A DNA stretch of 64,000 nucleotides from contig CM075997.1 in NCBI GenBank assembly GCA_038087875.1, forward strand, positions 4,094,001-4,158,000, written 5' to 3'. This stretch comes from Malacoraja senta (taxonomy: Eukaryota). The position numbers and the translations under genes were made by a program. Below, in pieces: positions 11,231 to 24,825 of the stretch. How positions within the stretch are numbered: position 1 is the first letter of the stretch; the number at the start of each line of letters is the position of its first letter. A model generated the notes under the pieces. The model did not search any database and had not been told where the DNA came from. It saw only the letters and a program-made list of their open reading frames with translations.

Positions 11231-14200
11231 ATAGATACATAGATACATAGATACATAGAAAATAGGTGCAGGAGTAGACCATTCGGTCCTTCGAGCCTGC
11301 ACCGCCATTCAATATGATCATGGCTGATCATCCAACTCAGTATCCTGTACCTGCCTTCTCTCCATAGCCCCTGATCCCTTTAGCCACAAGGGCCACATCT
11401 AACTCCCTCTTAAATATAACGAATGAACTGGCCTCAACTACCCTCTGTGGCAGAGAGTTCCAGAGATTCACCACTCTCTGTGTGAAAAAGTTTTTTCTCA
11501 TCTCGGTCTTAAAGGATTTCCCCCTTATCCTTAAGCTGTGTCCCGTTGTCCTGGACTTCCCCAACATCGGGAACAATCTTCCTGCATCTAGCCTGTCCAA
11601 CCCCATAAGAATTTTGTACGTTTCTATAAGATCCCCTCTCAATCTCCTAAATTCTAGCGAGTATAAGCCAAGTCTATCCAGTCTTTCTTCATATGAAAGT
11701 CCTGACATCCCAGGAATCAGTCTCGTGAACCTTCTCTGCACTCCCTCTATGGCTATAATGTCCTTCCTCAGATTTGGAGACCAAAACTGTACGCAATACT
11801 CCAGGTGTGGTCTCACCAAGACCCTGTACAACTGCAGTAGAACCTCCCTGCTCCTATACTCAAATCCTTTTGCTATGAAAGCTAACATACCATTCGCTTT
11901 CTTCACTGCCTGCTGCACCTGCATGCCTACTTTCAATGACTGGTGTACCATGACACCCAGGTCTCGCTGCATCTCCCCTTTTCCTAATCGGCCACCATTT
12001 AGATAATAGTCTGCTTTCCTGTTTTTGCCACCAAAGTGGATAACCTCACATTTATCCACATTATACTGCATCTGCCAAACATTTGCCCACTCACCCAGCC
12101 TATCCAAGTCACCTTGCAGCCTCCTAGCATCCTCCTCACAGCTAACACTGCCCCCCAGCTTAGTGTCATCCGCAAACTTGGAGATGTTGCCTTCAATTCC
12201 CTCATCCAGTTCATTAATATAAATTGTAAATAGCTGCGGTCCCAGCACTGAGCCTTGCGGTACCCCACTAGTCACTGCCTGCCATTGTGAAAAGGACCCG
12301 TTTACTCCTACTCTTTGCTTCCTGTTTGCCAGCCAGTTCTCTATCCACATCAATACTGAACCCCCAATACCATGTGCTTTAAGTTTGTATACTAATCTCT
12401 TATGCGGGACCTTGTCGAAAGCCTTCTGAAAGTCCAGATACAACACATCCACTGGTTCTCCCCTATCCACTCTACTAGTTACATCCTCGAAAAATTCTAT
12501 AAGATTCGTCAGACATGATTTACCTTTCGTAAATCCATGCTGACTTTGTCCAATGATTTCACCACTTTCCAAATGTGCTGCTATCCCATCTTTAATAACT
12601 GACTCTAGCAGTTTCCCCACTACCGATGTTAGACTGACTGGTCTGTAATTCCCCGTTTTCTCTCTCCCTCCCTTCTTAAAAAGTGGGGTTACCTTGCTAC
12701 CCTCCAATCCTCAGGAACTACTCCAGAATCTAAAGAGGTTTGAAAAATTATCACTAATGCATCCACTATTTCTGGAGCTACTTCCTTAAGTACTCTGGGA
12801 TGCAGCCTATCTGGCCTGGTGATTTATCGGCCTTTAATCGTTCAATTTACCCAACACCACTTCCCGACTAACCTGGATTTCACTCAGTTCCTCCGTGTCC
12901 TTTGACCCGCGGTCCCCTGCTATTTCTGGCAGATTATTTATGTCTTCCTTAGTGAAGACGGAACCAAAGTAGTTATTCAATTGGTCCGCCATATCCATGT
13001 TCCCCATGATCAATTCACCTGTTTCTGACTGCAAGGGACCTACATTTAACTAATCTCTTTCTCTTCACATATCTATAAAAACTTTTGCAGTCAGTTTTTA
13101 TGTTCCCTGCCAGTTTTCTTTCATAATCTATTTTCCCTTTCCTAATTAAGCCCTTTGTCCTCCTCTGCTGGTCTCTGAATTTCTCCCAGTCCTCTGGTAT
13201 GCTGCTTTTTCTGGCTAATTTGTACGCATCATCTTTGCTTTGATACTATCCCTGATTTCCCTTGTTATCCACGGATGCACTGCCTTCCCTGATTTATTCT
13301 TTTGCCAAACTGGGATGAACAATTTTTGTAGTTCATCCATGCAGTCTTTAAATGCCTTCCATTGCATATCCACCGTCAACCCTTTTAGAACTAATTGCCA
13401 GTCAATCTTGGCCAATTCACGTCTCATACCCTCAAAGTTACCTTTCTTTAAGTTCAGAATCGTTGTTTCTGAATTAACAATGTCACTCTCCATCCTAATG
13501 AAGAACTCAACCATATTATGGTCACTCTTGCCCAAGGGGGCACGCACAACAAGACTGCTAACTAACCCTTCCTCATTACTCAATACCCAGTCTAGAATAG
13601 CCTGCTCTCTCGTTGGTTCCTCTACATGTTGGTTTAGATAACTATCCTGCATACATTCCAAGAAATCCTCTTCCTCAGCACCCCTGCCAATTTGATTCAC
13701 CCAATCTATATGTAGATTGAAGTCACCCATTATAACTGTTTTGCCTTTGTTGCACGCATTCTAATTTCCTGTTTGATGCCATCCCCAACTTCACTACTAC
13801 TGCTAGGTGGCCTGTACACAACACCCACCAGCGTTTTCTGCCTCTTAGTGTTTCGCAGCTCTACCCATACCGATTCCACATCCTCCAAGCTAATGTCCTT
13901 CCTTTCCACTGCGTTAATCTCCTCTCTAACCAGCAACGCTACCCCACCTCCTTTTCCTTTCTCTCTATCCCTCCTGAATATTGAATATCCCTGGATGTTC
14001 AGCTCCCAGCCTTGGTCACCCTGGAGCCATGTCTCCGTGATCCCAACTATATCATAATCATTAATAGCTATCTGCACGTTCAACTCATCCACCTTATTAC
14101 AAATGCTCCTTGCATTGAGACACAAAGCCTTCATGCTTGTTTTTACAACGCTCTTACCCTTATACAATTATGTTGAAAAGTGGCCCTTTTTGATTTTTGC

Positions 14201-14805
14201 CCTGGATTTGTCTGCCTGACACTTTTACTTTTCACCTTGCTACCTATTGCTTCCGCCCGCATTTTACACCCCTCTGTTTCTCTGCTCACCATTTAAGAAC
14301 CCCACCACCTCTTATTCTCTGTTTATTATTGTTTTCTTCTTTCCCCCCTACATGTTGGGTCTGAGTGCTTTCCTTCTTTGCCTCCTGCCTCACACACTGT
14401 CTAATAGCTTTCTCTATTTGAGTCCCTCCCCCCAACCATTCTAGTTAAAGTCTCCCCAGTAGCCTTTGCAGATCTCCCCGCCAGGATATCGGTCCCCCTC
14501 AGGTTCAAGTGCAACCCATCCTTTTGTACAGGTCGCACCTTCCACAAAAGAGGTCCCAATGATCCAGAAATTTGAATCCCTGCCCTCTGCTCCAGTCCTT
14601 CAGCCACGCAATTATCTTTCACCTCGCTCCATTCCTACTCTCACTGTCGCGTGGAACAGGCAGTAATCCCGAGATTGTTACCTTTGTTGTCCTTCTCTTT
14701 AACCCCTCCTAACTCCCTAAATTCTCCTTTCAGGACCTCTTCTCTTTTTTTACCTATGTCATTGGTACCTATATGTACCACGACCTCGGGCTCCTCTCCC
14801 TGCCC
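11231..14805 (-). mobile_element. CR1-clade LINE, 5'-truncated (ORF1 esterase remnant and frameshifted ORF2 APE-RT)
   Basis: ORF1 VVVHIGTNDIG and DGLHLN motifs; APE (LNARS, GITETW, GDFN, SDH); open 456-aa RT part at 11337-12707 with GVPQGSVLGP and FADD; (CTATGTAT)n octamer 3' tail. Confidence 0.95.
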
Positions 14806-15082
14806 TCACTGCAGACGTTGAAATCTTAAGCAATAAACAAAATGCTGGAGGAACTTAGCATCTGTTGGGGGAAATAGGCAGATGCCATTTTGGGTCATAA
14901 TCAGTTAGAAGAGTCAAGAGTGTTTGGTTTTCATGTCCCAGAGCAGAACTATGAAATTCTTACTTGCTGCAGCTTTGCAGATATGTAAATATAGTATCCT
15001 GTAAAACCCATAATAAATAACGAAAACATTTCAAATGTGTATCGGAGTTTGGTTGGAGGTTGAAGTGTTTAATCTCTTTGAT

Positions 15083-15457
15083 CTACTTCTTCTTGCGAAT
15101 GAAACATAAACCAAAGGAATAGTTAGATCTCAAGCCGAGTGTGAGCAGCCAGGTTGTTGTCTCTGCGCCAATGTCTGCCAGGCCCTGAGCTCCATTTGGT
15201 GGGTGGTAGAGCGGGCACCCAGAGATGACATGGTTGGCTGCCTGTTGTTCTGCTCCGCATTCACAGGCTGGGCTCTGGCGGAGTCCCCAACTCCACATGC
15301 TGGCAATGAAACGCCCAACTCAGTACCAAGTCTGTTAAGCTTCACCCATGCTCCTCTGGGGAGGTCATACCATGGACAGCTTTTATCTGGTGAAGAGGTG
15401 TAGCGGGTAATGGAGATGAGGTTGCCTTCCACGCCTGTGTCCACTTGGTGGCAATCC
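15083..15457 (-). mobile_element. Second copy of the Vingi/Ingi-like 3' fragment
   Basis: Highly similar to 3873-4250 in reverse complement. Confidence 0.65.
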
Positions 15458-16437
15458 AGTGTGCCTGATGGTTGTAGGGAAGAAGCTGCTCCTGAACCGT
15501 GACGTTACAGCTTTCAGGGAAGATATCTCTAAATTAAACTAAGCTAAAACCAATGTTCACGATGAGATGGGGCACAACGTATGAGAATCACACTCCCTGC
15601 TTTAAGCCCCTTAAATGCCACAGTCGTATCAGCCTCCACCACCATCCATAGTTACATTTATTCTATGTTTAGAGATACTTCGGCCCACCGAGTCCACGCC
15701 CGCCAGCGATCCCCGCACACTTACACTATCCTACCAACACGAGGGACAATTTACAATTTTACCAAGGCCAATTACTCTACAAACCTGCACGTCTTTGGAG
15801 TGTGGGAGGAAACCAGAAAACCCAGGCAGGTCACGGGGAGAATGTACAAACTCCGTACAGACAGCGCCCGTAGTCAGGGTCGAAACCAGATCTCTGGCGC
15901 TGTGAGGCTGCTGCACTACCGCTGCGCCACCGTGCCATTTGAACAGTTTCCTGCACATTGAATAGGAACCTGAGGGCTAACTTTTTTTTACACAAAGGGT
16001 GGTGGGTGTATGGAACGAGCTACTTGAGGTTGTTGAGGCAGGGACTATCGCAACGTTTAAGGAACATTTAGACAGGTACATGGATATGACATGTTAGAGG
16101 GAAATGGGCCAAATGCACACAGGTGGGACTAGTGTAGATGGGGTATGTTGGTTGGCATGGCCAAAGTTGGGCCAAAAGGCCTGTTTCTGCACTATATGAC
16201 GATGAATAGCTTCATTCCAGCAGGGAAAGCTGACAGGACTTGGGATGTGGAACCACTGGGGGAAAGGTTGAGAAGAGTGTTGGGGACATGGTCACTGTGA
16301 CAATGTGTAGGAAGGAACTGCAGATGCTGTTTACATCAAAGATAGACACAAAATGCTGGAGTCTTCTTCTTTCGTGTCCTTATGCTATATAGTGGCTCAT
16401 GACAGCTGTACACATCGTTGCCGTATTGGAAATGTTA

Positions 16438-16886
16438 AGGGCCTGTCCCACTTGGCCATCATTTGCGCGCCATTTACGCGACCTCCAAAAATGTGGTTGT
16501 CGCGTTGTGACGCACGGGTAGCGTGTGGGTAGCGCGGGACGGGCGCATGGAGTGGCGTGGAGGAGTGTGGAAAATGCGCGCGGTATCGCGCGGCGCTCCA
16601 AGATTTCGTGCTACACGAAATCCTCGTGCGCTACCTGCGCGATGTATTGCGTACGCACGCTGACACATTGGCGTCGCACGCTGTCATCCCGACGTCTCAC
16701 ATGTATCCCGTGGTGATGCATGGCTACGTCACCGTGCGTAACCATGTGTTGCCGCGCACCGCAGGGTATTCTAATGACGTCACTCGCACCAGACGGCATG
16801 ATGACGCGTGATTTACGGACACGTCGACCTATTTTACATATGACGTGTAAATGAGGCGCAAATGACAGCCAAGTGGGACAGGCCCT
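16438..16886. mobile_element. PIF/Harbinger-like MITE
   Basis: Same TIR; flanks TTA/TAA; CpG-rich interior. Confidence 0.75.
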
Positions 16887-17023
16887 TAAAGTGTAAGGTC
16901 TGCAGTAGTACATATGTATGTATTATGTTTTGCTTATGCTATTCTTATAACAAATGTAAAGCACTTTGGCCAACGAGAGTTGTTTTTTAAATGTGCTATA
17001 TAAATAAATGTGACTTGACTTGA

Positions 17024-17395
17024 GTTGGCATGGATTATCCAGCAATGGGCATTGCAGTAGGTGTTGCATTGTCTGGGTCTGTGTGCCACAGTCACAGGTT
17101 GTTGGACCCTCCATGTAGCCCCACTTGTGCATTGTCACCCTTGACGGCCCGACCCCGTTTCGCAGTCGGTTGAGACATCTCCAGTTCAGCCAGTGTTCAT
17201 CAGCAGCTGGTGGTAAGCGCTCTGATGCTGGTGTGTGCCCACCTTGGTGGAAATAGGGACAGTGGCTAGTCTGTTCTTCCACATCTGGAGGTGAGCATCA
17301 GTTGGTGTCGTTTCCAATGGGGTGATGCTGGTTAGGGGGCTCGTCCGGGATTGTAACCGCCAAGGAGGGGGCACATGGTTGTGTAATGGGTGTCG
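17024..17395 (-). mobile_element. Divergent Vingi/Ingi-like LINE fragment
   Basis: WRCLNRLRNGVG...MHKWG...CDCG.QTQTMQHLLQCP. Confidence 0.6.
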
Positions 17396-17399
17396 GGGA

Positions 17400-17953
17400 G
17401 TCGGTATGTCGAGGAGGACTCTCTCGAACATCTACAGGTGCACAGTAGAGAGCATGCTGAGTGGTTGCATCGTGGCTTGGTTCGGCAACCTGAGCGTCCA
17501 GGAGCGGAAAAGACTGCGAAAAGTTGGAAACACTGCCCAGTCCATCATCGGCTCTGACCTCCCTACCATCGAGGGGATCTATCGCAGTCGCTGCCTCAAA
17601 AAGGCTGGCAGCAATCATCAAGGACCCACACCATCCTGGCCACACACTCATCTCTCTGCTGCCTTCAGGTAGAAGGTACAGGAGCCTGAGGACTGCAATG
17701 TCCAGGTTCAGGAATAGCTGCTTCCCCACAGCCATCAGGTTATTAAACTCAACTCAAACAAAAATCTGAACTTTAATAGCCTATTGCACTTTATCTGCTT
17801 ATTTATGTGTGTGTATATATATTCACTGGTATATGGACACACTGATCTGTTCTCTATTTATTTATGCCTACTATATTCTGTTGTGCTGAAGCAAAGCAAG
17901 AATTTCATTGTCCTATCTGGGACACATGACAATAAACTCTCTTGAATCTTGAC
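17400..17953 (+). mobile_element. Rex1/Babar-type LINE 3' fragment (related copies 8825-9200 minus, 28635-29160 plus, 2793-3226 plus, ~3660-3850 minus, ~19710-19900 plus)
   Basis: YRCTVESMLSGCIVAWFGN...IIKDPHHPGH.L..LLPSGRRYRSL...SRFRNS.FP; tail GACAATAAACTCTCTTGAATCTTGA. Confidence 0.85.
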
Positions 17954-18214
17954 TCTCTTGTCTATCATCTGTCAGTTGTTTCAGACGCTCTGTCCCACTT
18001 GCACACAAGGCTGCTGGAGTAACTCAGCGGGACAGTTAACTTCAAGATGGAGAAGTCAATGTTCATACCGCTGAGGTGAAATTTGACTTCTCCAACTTCA
18101 AGTAGCCCTTGCTTTCCCTCTCTCTCCATCCCCTTCCCCTTCCCAGTTCTCCCACCAGTCTTACTGTCTCTGACTACATTCTATCTCTGTACTGTCCACT
18201 CCCCTGACATCAGT

Positions 18215-18242
18215 CTGAAGAAGGGTCTTGACCCGAAACGTC
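18215..18242 (+). ncRNA. Minimal type I hammerhead ribozyme motif (Penelope tail)
   Basis: CUGAAGA-A-GGGU(CUUG)ACCC-GAAA-C-GUC^; core intact. Confidence 0.55.
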
Positions 18243-20228
18243 ACCCATTCTTTCTCTCCAGAGAAGCTGCCTGTCCGCTGAGATACTCCAGTTTTTGTGT
18301 CTATCTTTACAGTGGCAATGTTGGCTTGGCTAAAACATCCAGCATTTTCCTTCCTCCACCCCCCTTCACTAAAGATTGGCAGAAACTTCCGCTCTGCCTA
18401 TCTTGGTCAATTTTCCAAGTATTTTTACACCCTGAAGCCCAACAGGAAATACTTAATGAAAGCAAAAGCCAGCAGGCTCAAGTCAAGAGTATTTTATTGT
18501 CATAGAAACATAGAAACTAGAAACCTTCGAGCCATAGATCCTGAACGGAACATAAAATTCTTGCTTGCAGCAGCACAACAGAATGTGTAAGTCTATGATA
18601 GACACAAAAAAGCTGGAGTAACTCAGCGGGACAGGCAGCATCTCTAGAGAGAAGGAATGGGTGACGTTTCAGGTCGAGACCCATATTCAGACTGATCTCG
18701 ACCCGAAATGTCACCTCTTCCTTTTCTTAGGGAGTTCACACTGTGTCAGGCGACACGGTCATGAGTATAGAGTGAGTAGAGCAGGGACTGACCACACAGC
18801 CTTGAGGAGCTGATGGTTACCAAGGATGCCAATTTGTACAATGGGTACAATGGTCTCAAGGACACAAGAAGATAGGAGCAGGAGTAGGCCACTCGGCCCA
18901 TCAAGCCCACCCAGCCATTCATAGAATGTAGAACATAGAGCAATACAACATGGGAATAGACTCTTCATCCCACAATATCTGTGATGCCTATCCAGAAACC
19001 TCAAACACCACCGTCATATCTGCCTTCACCAGCACCCCTGGCAGTGTGTTCCACACAAACACCACTCTCTGTGTAAAAGAAAACTTACCCTGCACATTTC
19101 CTTCAAACTTTGTCCTTCTCACTTTAAAGTTATGCCCTCTAATCTTTGACATTTCCACCCTGGGAAAATGGTTCTAATTGTCTAGAATTAAGAAGTACCC
19201 ATGGTGGCGCAGCGGTAGAGTTGCTGTCTCACAGCGCCAGAGACCCGAATTTGATCCTGACTACGGGTTCGTATGTTCTGTGTGGGTTTTTCCTGGGTGC
19301 TCCGGGTTTCCTCCCACACTACAAAGACGTACAGGCTCGTAGGCTAATTGGCTTGGTGTAAATGTAAGTTGTCCCGAGTGTGTGTAGGATAGTGTAAGTG
19401 TGCGGGGATCGCTGGTCGGCATGGACTCGGTGGGCCGAAGGGCTGTTTCTGAGCTGTATCTCTAATCACTAACCTCCATCTATACGATAACTCATCATTT
19501 TATATACTTCTATCAGGTCTCTCCTTAATCTGTTGATGTGATCATGGCTGATCCACTTCAGGCTTTGACTCATTTCCTGTACCAAATATCCACACCCCTC
19601 AATTCCTGATCTTTCAAAAAAATGCCTCCGCAACTCCCCAAATAACTCCAGTGAAAATAAGTTTAGGTCACTGATGTTACTGATGTATTGACACCTGCTA
19701 GTGATGATGTCGAAAACACCAGGAATACCCAGCTTTCCAACTGATGAACAACAGGGCAGTAATCTGACCGCTCCGGTGGTCCCGATCCTGAAGCTCGTGG
19801 ACGTGTACAAGTTGGTAACTGAAAACTGTAACGTCCAGAGTCAGGGGCAGCTTCTTCCCGACAAGCATCAGGCTATTAAACACTGCGACCTCCAAATAAG
19901 CTCCGAACTACATAGACGGGGGCATTATTTTCATCTTTGTTCTTTTTCATGTCTGTTTATTTGCTTGTGCCTGCGTGTATACACACACAGACACACACCC
20001 ACACAGACACAGACACACACACGCACAGACATTTTTTTAATGTGTCCATAAATAAGGGTACCACCCTGTGACATGGGTAGCTAAATTTGAAAGTTACTAA
20101 GTCATGTTGAAATATCACAGAATTAAAAATGGGCCAACCTATGACCCTTTTGAGCTAATTTGTGATCAAAATTTGACCAAAATTTAATACTTTCAAATTT
20201 GGAAAACGAGAATTAAATAAAATTAAAA

Positions 20229-20289
20229 ATATATATATATCTGTGTATGTATAGACACACAAATTTATATATCTGTATGTATATGTGTA

Positions 20290-20323
<34 letters not shown>

Positions 20324-20437
20324 CTGTGTGTGTGTGTGTGTGTATATATACATGTATATGTATATATATATATATACTCACACAGATAGATATGTAAAGT
20401 TCAGTGTGCTTGTATTTATTTATTTATATATATATGT
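20229..20437. repeat. Compound (TA)n/(TG)n microsatellite (similar one at 8640-8712)
   Basis: Directly visible. Confidence 0.9.
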
Positions 20438-20438
20438 A

Positions 20439-20586
20439 CTAGACCAAGTGCAGACCCATTGGATCTGCTCCCCCAACGCAAGATTCCACCACTCACGCAT
20501 AGCCCCCAACTGCGCAGGTGCGGCTCATTTCTCATCATCACCCAGCACTCCCTCCCCCACCTCTTCACCCTCCCTCTTCAATCCCT
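20439..20586 (-). mobile_element. Helitron-like 3' terminus
   Basis: Minus strand GCAGATCC-AAT-GGGTCTGC hairpin, 7-nt spacer, terminal CTAG, then host T. Confidence 0.5.
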
Positions 20587-20917
20587 AGAGAGGGAGAGGG
20601 GGGGGGGGGTAGAGAGGGAGGGTGTCAGAGAGGGAGGGGGGGTAGAGAGGGAGGGGGATAGAGGGGTGGGGGGTAGGGGGGGAGGGGGGTTAGAGAGGGA
20701 GGGTGGAGGGGGGTAGAGGGGGAGGTAGTAGAGAGGGAGGGGGAGGGGGGTAGGAGAGGGAGAGCGGGAGAGCGGTAGAGGGGGGGGGTAGAGAGGGAAG
20801 GGGGGTAGAGAGGGAAGGGGGGTAGAGAGGGAGGGGGATAGAGGGGTGGGGGGGTAGAGAGGGAGGGGGGTAGAGAGGGAGAGGGGGGTAGAGAGGGAGA
20901 GGGGGGCAGAGAGGGAG
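20587..20917 (+). repeat. G-rich minisatellite (~GGGGGGTAGAGAGGGAG)n
   Basis: Directly visible; runs into the gap. Confidence 0.9.
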
Positions 20918-21117
20918 NNNNNNNNNNNNNNNNNNNNNNNNNNNNNNNNNNNNNNNNNNNNNNNNNNNNNNNNNNNNNNNNNNNNNNNNNNNNNNNNNNN
21001 NNNNNNNNNNNNNNNNNNNNNNNNNNNNNNNNNNNNNNNNNNNNNNNNNNNNNNNNNNNNNNNNNNNNNNNNNNNNNNNNNNNNNNNNNNNNNNNNNNNN
21101 NNNNNNNNNNNNNNNNN
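20918..21117. other. Assembly gap (200 N)
   Basis: Round-number N run, so the true size is probably unknown. Confidence 0.99.
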
Positions 21118-21474
21118 TAATGCAATCAACCCGACGTGCACAAACAAAAGATCAAACAGAACAAGTTGACCTACAAACTTTAGGCTGTGCACGCCATACA
21201 CAAGAAGAGGTTGTTGAGTGTGCTTTTTGATCGGCACATGTTTGGACAAAGGCCAGAGATGAAAAGACAAAAAAGGATAGAAGAGGCATGAGATGTGAAT
21301 ATGGAGTTGAGTTGGGAGGTACAGTATAGGTGGCAGGGGACATGGAAAATATGGGTACACAACCAGGGATGCAAGGGAGAAAAATTGGGAGCGGGAAGGG
21401 TGGAGGTGGTATTTATAGTTAGTTATCCAAAATTGGAGAATTCAATGTTCATTGGGTAAGTTGTAACTTACCCA

Positions 21475-22045
21475 AGTCCATCCAATCTTCCCTGTCCCGC
21501 CTGCAATTGGTTCCAAGCGCCGCAAGACTTCTGACGGGTACCCGTAAAAGGGACCACATCACCCGATCCTGGCCTCTCTCCACTGCCTCCCAGTACGGTA
21601 CAGAAACACTAAGCGCCTCTTATTCGTATACAAAGCCCTTAACGGGCTTGCCCCCCCCCCTCCCCCCCATATCAAAAATCTGCTAACCCACCATTCCCTC
21701 AAGGTCCCTCAGGTCGACTTGGGGCTACTGACTATCCCGCGGTCTAGGTTTAAGCTCAGGGGTGACCGCGCTTTTGCGGTTGCAGCACCTAGACTGTGGA
21801 ACAGCATCCCACTCCTCATCAGAACTGCCCCCTCCATCGACTCCTTTAAATTGAGGCTCAAAACCTATTTCTATTCCATAGTGTTTTTTGGGGCCCTCTG
21901 AGGGGGCGCTGTAAACAGATTATGTATGTAGTTAGGTCTGTTTACCATTGTATGTAACATATTAGTATCTGCGCTGATGTACAACACTTTGGTCAACGTG
22001 GGTTGTTTTTAAATGTGCTATACAAATAAAATTGATTGATTGATT
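21475..22045 (+). mobile_element. L2-clade LINE 3' fragment
   Basis: Degenerate LSRLQL...RKRDHIT.ILASLH.LP...GDRAFAVAAPRLWNS; (TTGA)n tail. Confidence 0.8.
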
Positions 22046-24532
22046 CTCAACAGATTGGGAATTCATCTGTTCCACATTTCCATCCCAAATTTAGAATTGT
22101 GGATTCATCGATAGTTATGTTAGTGCAAAGCTAGACAGCCCTGTGTGTCTGTTCAAGGAAAGAGCAATCCTGACTGAGGAAATCCAGCAGTTGTTCTGTG
22201 TACCTTTTCATACCTCTAGTTCCCCTCTCCCCCGACCCTCAGTCTGAAGAAGGGTCTCGACCAGAAACGTCACCTATTCCTTTTCTCCAGAGATGCTGCC
22301 TGACCCGCTGAGTTACTCCAGCATTTTGTGTCTAATCCCACATCTGGTCTCACCACATAACAGTGTAGCTTGCAGCTACAATCAGCCATGGTAAACCTAA
22401 GGCAGAGACTGCTGGCATTATTCAGCAGGTCAGTCAGCATCTGTGCAGGGATAAGCCACGGACAAGGTTGATTCCCAGATTGGTTTTTCAAGTGCACATC
22501 TTACTAATTCTTCAAAGCAATGGTTCCAACCTCTCGTCCTGAGTTCTAGACTTCTATGGCCCACTAGTTGAAAATACTTTTAATCAAATCCCTTTGAATC
22601 CTGTTAATCGACTTAAATATACGAGCTTGTGTAAATTTCAACTCTAAGGGAAGTGGAACTACACAACTATTCTTAACTACTCATACGATAACTGATATAT
22701 AACATTTTAAAAAGATTGTTATCCCAACCACTGCAAAGAGTTGGAAACAAGGAACTGCAGATGCTGGCTTACAAAAAGACACAAAGTGCTGGAGTAACTC
22801 AGTGGGTCAATCAGCGTCCCTGAAGAACATGGATGGGTGACGTTTCGGGTCGGTACCCTTGCGTGGATTCAGCAGATGATAAAGTTGAGGGCCATTGCAG
22901 GTTTGGGTGAGTGAAGTCCAGAGCTGTGAGAGAGATAGAGCGGGGGCCTGACGTGCCAGCTCATGGCAGTGTAAAATGCAGGGCACGGAACATGAACTGT
23001 TGCGAAACACCGTCGCAACTGGTTAGTGTTTGCATTTTCGGACCTGATGCTCCCATTTTAGTTAGCATCTGTGTACCAGCATGGCTGACATTAATAAGCA
23101 AGCAGCAAATTGAATTACTTCCTCCAAACCTAAGACGACTGTTAAAGCTTGTTTTGGGGAATCTATAACTTTTCTATGTGGGGGAGGGGGGGTAGGGTAA
23201 GGGGGAAACTGTTTCCCAATCGCTTCCTGGCGGGGACGTTTGGAGCTCTGGAGCGTTGGGCCGCTGTGGTTCGTAGAGCTTCCAGTGCGGGCGGCGCTGA
23301 ACAACATCGCGGAGTCCGAGGGCCGCCAGCGTTGAATCTCCGCCTGTGGATTTCGGGAGCCGCAGACTCCGGTAGGATGAGCCCGACTCGGATGTCCAAG
23401 CCGCTGAGGAAGTCCTCCAGTCCCGACGTTGGACTTCCATCACCCCAGCGAGCGGGCCTGAACATCGGGCCGCCCGGAGCGGACAACCGACCAAGAGAGG
23501 ACAACAACTGAATTTTTGGAGCCTTCCCTCACAGTGGGAATTTGATCCCGCTGTGTGGGGATGTCTGTGTTAAAAGACTATCGTGTTCTGTGCTCTTTAT
23601 TATTCATTCGTATGGCTGTATGGCGACCACACATTTCACTGTACCAATTGGTACATGTGACTATTAAATGTATCTTGATCTTGATCTTGTTACAAGATGG
23701 GAAATTTGGTCAAAGCGATAAGACCCATACAGCACGGACAGACACAGGACCTTCGGCCCAATTCATCCATGCAGCTAAGATGCCCTATCCAAGCCAGTCC
23801 TGTCTGTGATAAGACAAAATGCTGGAGTAACTCAACGGGTCAGGCAGCATTTCTGGAGAAAACGAATAGGCGATGTTTTGGGTCTAAACCCGTCATCAGA
23901 CTAAGTCAGGGAGAGGGACACTGGTGGCATAGGCTGTGTGTTTGGCCCAACTCCTTCCAAATGCTCTTGTAGTACTTGCCTCAACTACTGTCTCTGGGTT
24001 TGGTCTTGCTTTTAAATGGAAAACAGAGCCTGATATCAGGTTTGAGATACAAGGAGCAGCAAGATATCAAACGTCGAGTTGGCCTTCATAGCTTTGAGTA
24101 CAAATATAGAGAGCCCTGCTGAGACCCCACGTTAAATATTGTATATAGCATTGGGTCCCCCACCCCAGAATGTACGAGCAATGGAGGTTGTTGAACAAAA
24201 GTTCATCAGATTCCTGGGATGGGCAGCAGCAGTGTTGATGGTTTTCTCATTAGAAATTGAGAAAGCTGAGCAGGTACTGTCTTGAATATGACAAAAAGAG
24301 GCGATCTACGACACACAAAATTCGAATGAAACTTGACGGGAAATGTATTCCCTGGTTGGTGTGTCTGAACCCAGCAGTGAGTTTCCTGTAAAGACTCTAC
24401 CATCAATTCTAAGGTTTGGAGTCACTTCAGTGAACACAAAGTGCTGGAGTATCTCAGAGAGTCAGGTTGTATCTCTGCAGAACATGGATAGGTAACGTTT
24501 TGTGTCAGGACCGTCTAACCGTCACCTACCTA

Positions 24533-24825
24533 CAGTGCTCTCCATAATGTTTGGGACAAATAAATTACAGCAGTCTTTATACATAGTCCCATCCCATCCC
24601 CTCCCCCTCCCCCCACCCATTTCGGGGCACCATAATGTTTCGGACATAGCAATGTCATGTAAATGAAAGTAGTCATGTTTAGTAGTTCTAAACATGTTTT
24701 TGCTTCTTCATTCTGGGGTATTGTGTGTGTAGATTGATGATATAAAAAAAAAATTAATCCATTTTAAAATAACGTAACAAAATGTGGAAAAAGTGAAGAG
24801 GTCTGAATACTTTCTGAATGCACTG
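24533..24825. mobile_element. Tc1/mariner-type remnant
   Basis: TA|CAGTGC...GCACTG|TA ends; internal direct repeat CATAATGTTT(G/C)GGACA. Confidence 0.6.

Noticed and set aside
16380..16913. Overlapping ORFs and CpG-island-like patches (also 4683-5201, 23062-23511, 25058-25569, 53412-53743)
   Set aside because: They fall in GC-rich MITE or repeat interiors with few stops; no protein motifs or splice support.
20578..21360. 260-aa and 166-aa proline-rich ORFs
   Set aside because: Translation of a minisatellite across an N gap.
24210..24240. GGGATGGG as CYP2 exon 3 (FGMG)
   Set aside because: Context is a decayed CR1 (IPGM motif) with no P450 frame.
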